In this document: piece by piece, positions 63,590-64,000 of the stretch
How positions within the stretch are numbered: the stretch's first letter is position 1
Layout of the letters: each line of letters begins with the position of its first letter
Assembly: GCA_013239625.1 (NCBI GenBank)
Contig: MU054212.1
Coordinates: 868,001-932,000 of the forward strand
Direction of reading: 5' to 3'
Source: Lama guanicoe
Taxonomy: Eukaryota
Length of the DNA: 64,000 nt
Translations under genes and position numbers: made by a program
Notes under the pieces: generated by a model
Told to the model about the DNA's origin: nothing
Database searches by the model: none
What the model saw: only the letters and a program-made list of their open reading frames with translations

Positions 63590-63835
63590 ATGTTAACAGG
63601 AGTGAGCACTCACTGAGCACTTCCTCTGTGCAAGCGCTGTGCATGATGCTCCCGATGCCTTGTGGCTGCTGATTCTCTAGCAATCTCATGAGGGAGTAGC
63701 ATCAACTCCAATTTCTAGAAAAGGAACCTGAGGCTTAGAGAGGCTAAGTCACGTGCATGATTGCATGGCTCCTAAGTGGTGGGGCTGGTGCTTGAATCCA
63801 GAAATGTCTGTCTCAGAGACTGAAGCCCTTTGCTG
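63590..63835 (-). mobile_element. MIR SINE
   Basis: cactcactgagcacttcctctgtgcaagc...ggaacctgaggcttagagaggctaagtcac...cttgaatccag. Confidence 0.7.
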
Positions 63836-64000
63836 CAGGCTAGTTTGGTGACCTTGGAAATGTCACTTAACTTCTGAACTTCACTCTGTAACAGTGGAAT
63901 TCAACAAGGTAGCTTTCTCCAGTTCTTAAGATGTGAAACCCTCCAGCTTGGGAGGTCAGTGGGCCATTTCCACTGCTCTCCTCGTCCCAGAAGCAGGTCC

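Noticed and set aside
55082..64000. LAMA3 exon 13
   Set aside because: No LE-type Cys pattern with flanking splice sites was found. The strong acceptor-like site at about 60489 (ttttctttcttgtag) is not followed by laminin-like coding sequence.
1..64000. Prokaryotic-type systems (CRISPR arrays, operons, defence islands)
   Set aside because: The sequence is clearly mammalian intron/exon DNA, and no regularly spaced repeat-spacer array was seen.

Overview
Mammalian genomic DNA, most likely a camelid (camel, alpaca or llama), judged from camelid-type tRNA-derived SINEs. The whole window lies inside the laminin alpha-3 gene (LAMA3, long alpha-3B form) on the + strand. Ten GT-AG coding exons, equivalent to human exons 3-12, lie between 25864 and 55081. 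They splice into one open frame of 1156 nt encoding most of the LN domain, the first LE (laminin-EGF) repeats and a short Ser/Thr/Pro linker. Bases 1-25863 are the 3' part of intron 2, and 55082-64000 is intron 12. The introns hold L1, L2, MIR, MaLR/ERVL LTR, hAT and camelid SINE relics, and almost all other ORFs in the track are noise. I found no wholly new system. The best leads concern short secreted LN-domain (LaNt-type) products made by intron read-through. The exon-9 read-through that makes LaNt alpha-31 in human appears cut to a 12-aa tail here, with a human-like, MIR-derived tail stranded in the +1 frame. Exons 10 and 12 have long open read-through frames. Other leads are an RGD motif in exon 10, a near-perfect 178-bp tandem duplication, AP-1 site clusters and several ultra-short retrotransposon insertions with target-site duplications (TSDs). 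Human comparisons and repeat subfamily names come from memory and need checking by alignment.
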